Shown here one piece after another: positions 63,786-64,000 of a DNA stretch of 64,000 bases; the stretch's first letter is position 1, and every line of letters begins with the position of its first letter. Source of the DNA: Marsupella aquatica (Eukaryota; Plantae; Marchantiophyta); assembly GCA_973895155.1 (NCBI GenBank), contig OZ316898.1, positions 16,165,420-16,229,419 of the forward strand. Direction: 5' to 3'. The notes under the pieces were generated by a model, which saw only the letters and a program-made list of their open reading frames with translations, was not told where the DNA came from and searched no databases. The position numbers and the translations under genes were made by a program.

Positions 63786-64000
63786 TGTCTAGGCATGACC
63801 CAATTTCTTCTGTGCATCATCTGACAACAAAGAGCTTACCACCTCATCATATGAAATGGTTTTCAGATCTCTATACAAGAGAACATGCTTCAAACCCTGA
63901 TACGATTGGGGTAAGGAGCTGAGAAGAAGCAATATCTTATCTTCATCTTTCACTCCTTTGCCAAGATTTGACTAATCTACAACTAGGCTATCAAATTCAT

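Larger units (their letters stand above)
35852..64000 (-). mobile_element. Ty1/Copia element in three pieces (64000-62295 gag/PR/INT; 53715-52672 INT/RT; 37121-35852 RT/RH/LTR)
   Basis: LLLSSLP, zinc knuckle, WILD, LWHFKLGH..CEHC, CIFLGY|RLWDP, ARLVAKGF, LYVDDILIMA|KD, KHIDIRFYFIR; pieces rejoin across two 5-bp TSDs. Confidence 0.9.

Overview
Eukaryotic land-plant DNA, probably from a non-seed plant (inferred from compact GT-AG introns, TTTAGGG repeats and plant TE families). The only clear host gene is a 12-exon, 831-aa BAR-domain / Pro-Ser-rich protein of the At2g33490 family (18237-24496, +). To its left lie a near-intact RTEX-like LINE and a decayed PIF/Harbinger transposon. The LINE has a tandem 181-bp-monomer 5' region, a separate inverted monomer block, and ORF1, EN and RT in three ORFs. 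The Harbinger carries a possible third ORF. To the right is a ~37-kb nest of retrotransposons: an Athila-like Gypsy is interrupted by a minus-strand Copia, which is itself split by two insertions. The first is a 15.5-kb TG..C(A/G) insertion with a 5-bp TSD but no LTR pair, gag or pol, carrying accessory genes (a possible giant gene-bearing solo LTR). The second is a Gypsy-type element whose LTR ends read AGT...ACT instead of TG...CA. A conserved accessory protein family (novel N-domain, Transposase_32/PMD-like core, coiled coil) occurs three times. Three MITEs, a 2.5-kb solo LTR and an interstitial telomere tract complete the window. All alignments were done by eye; no database searches were run.
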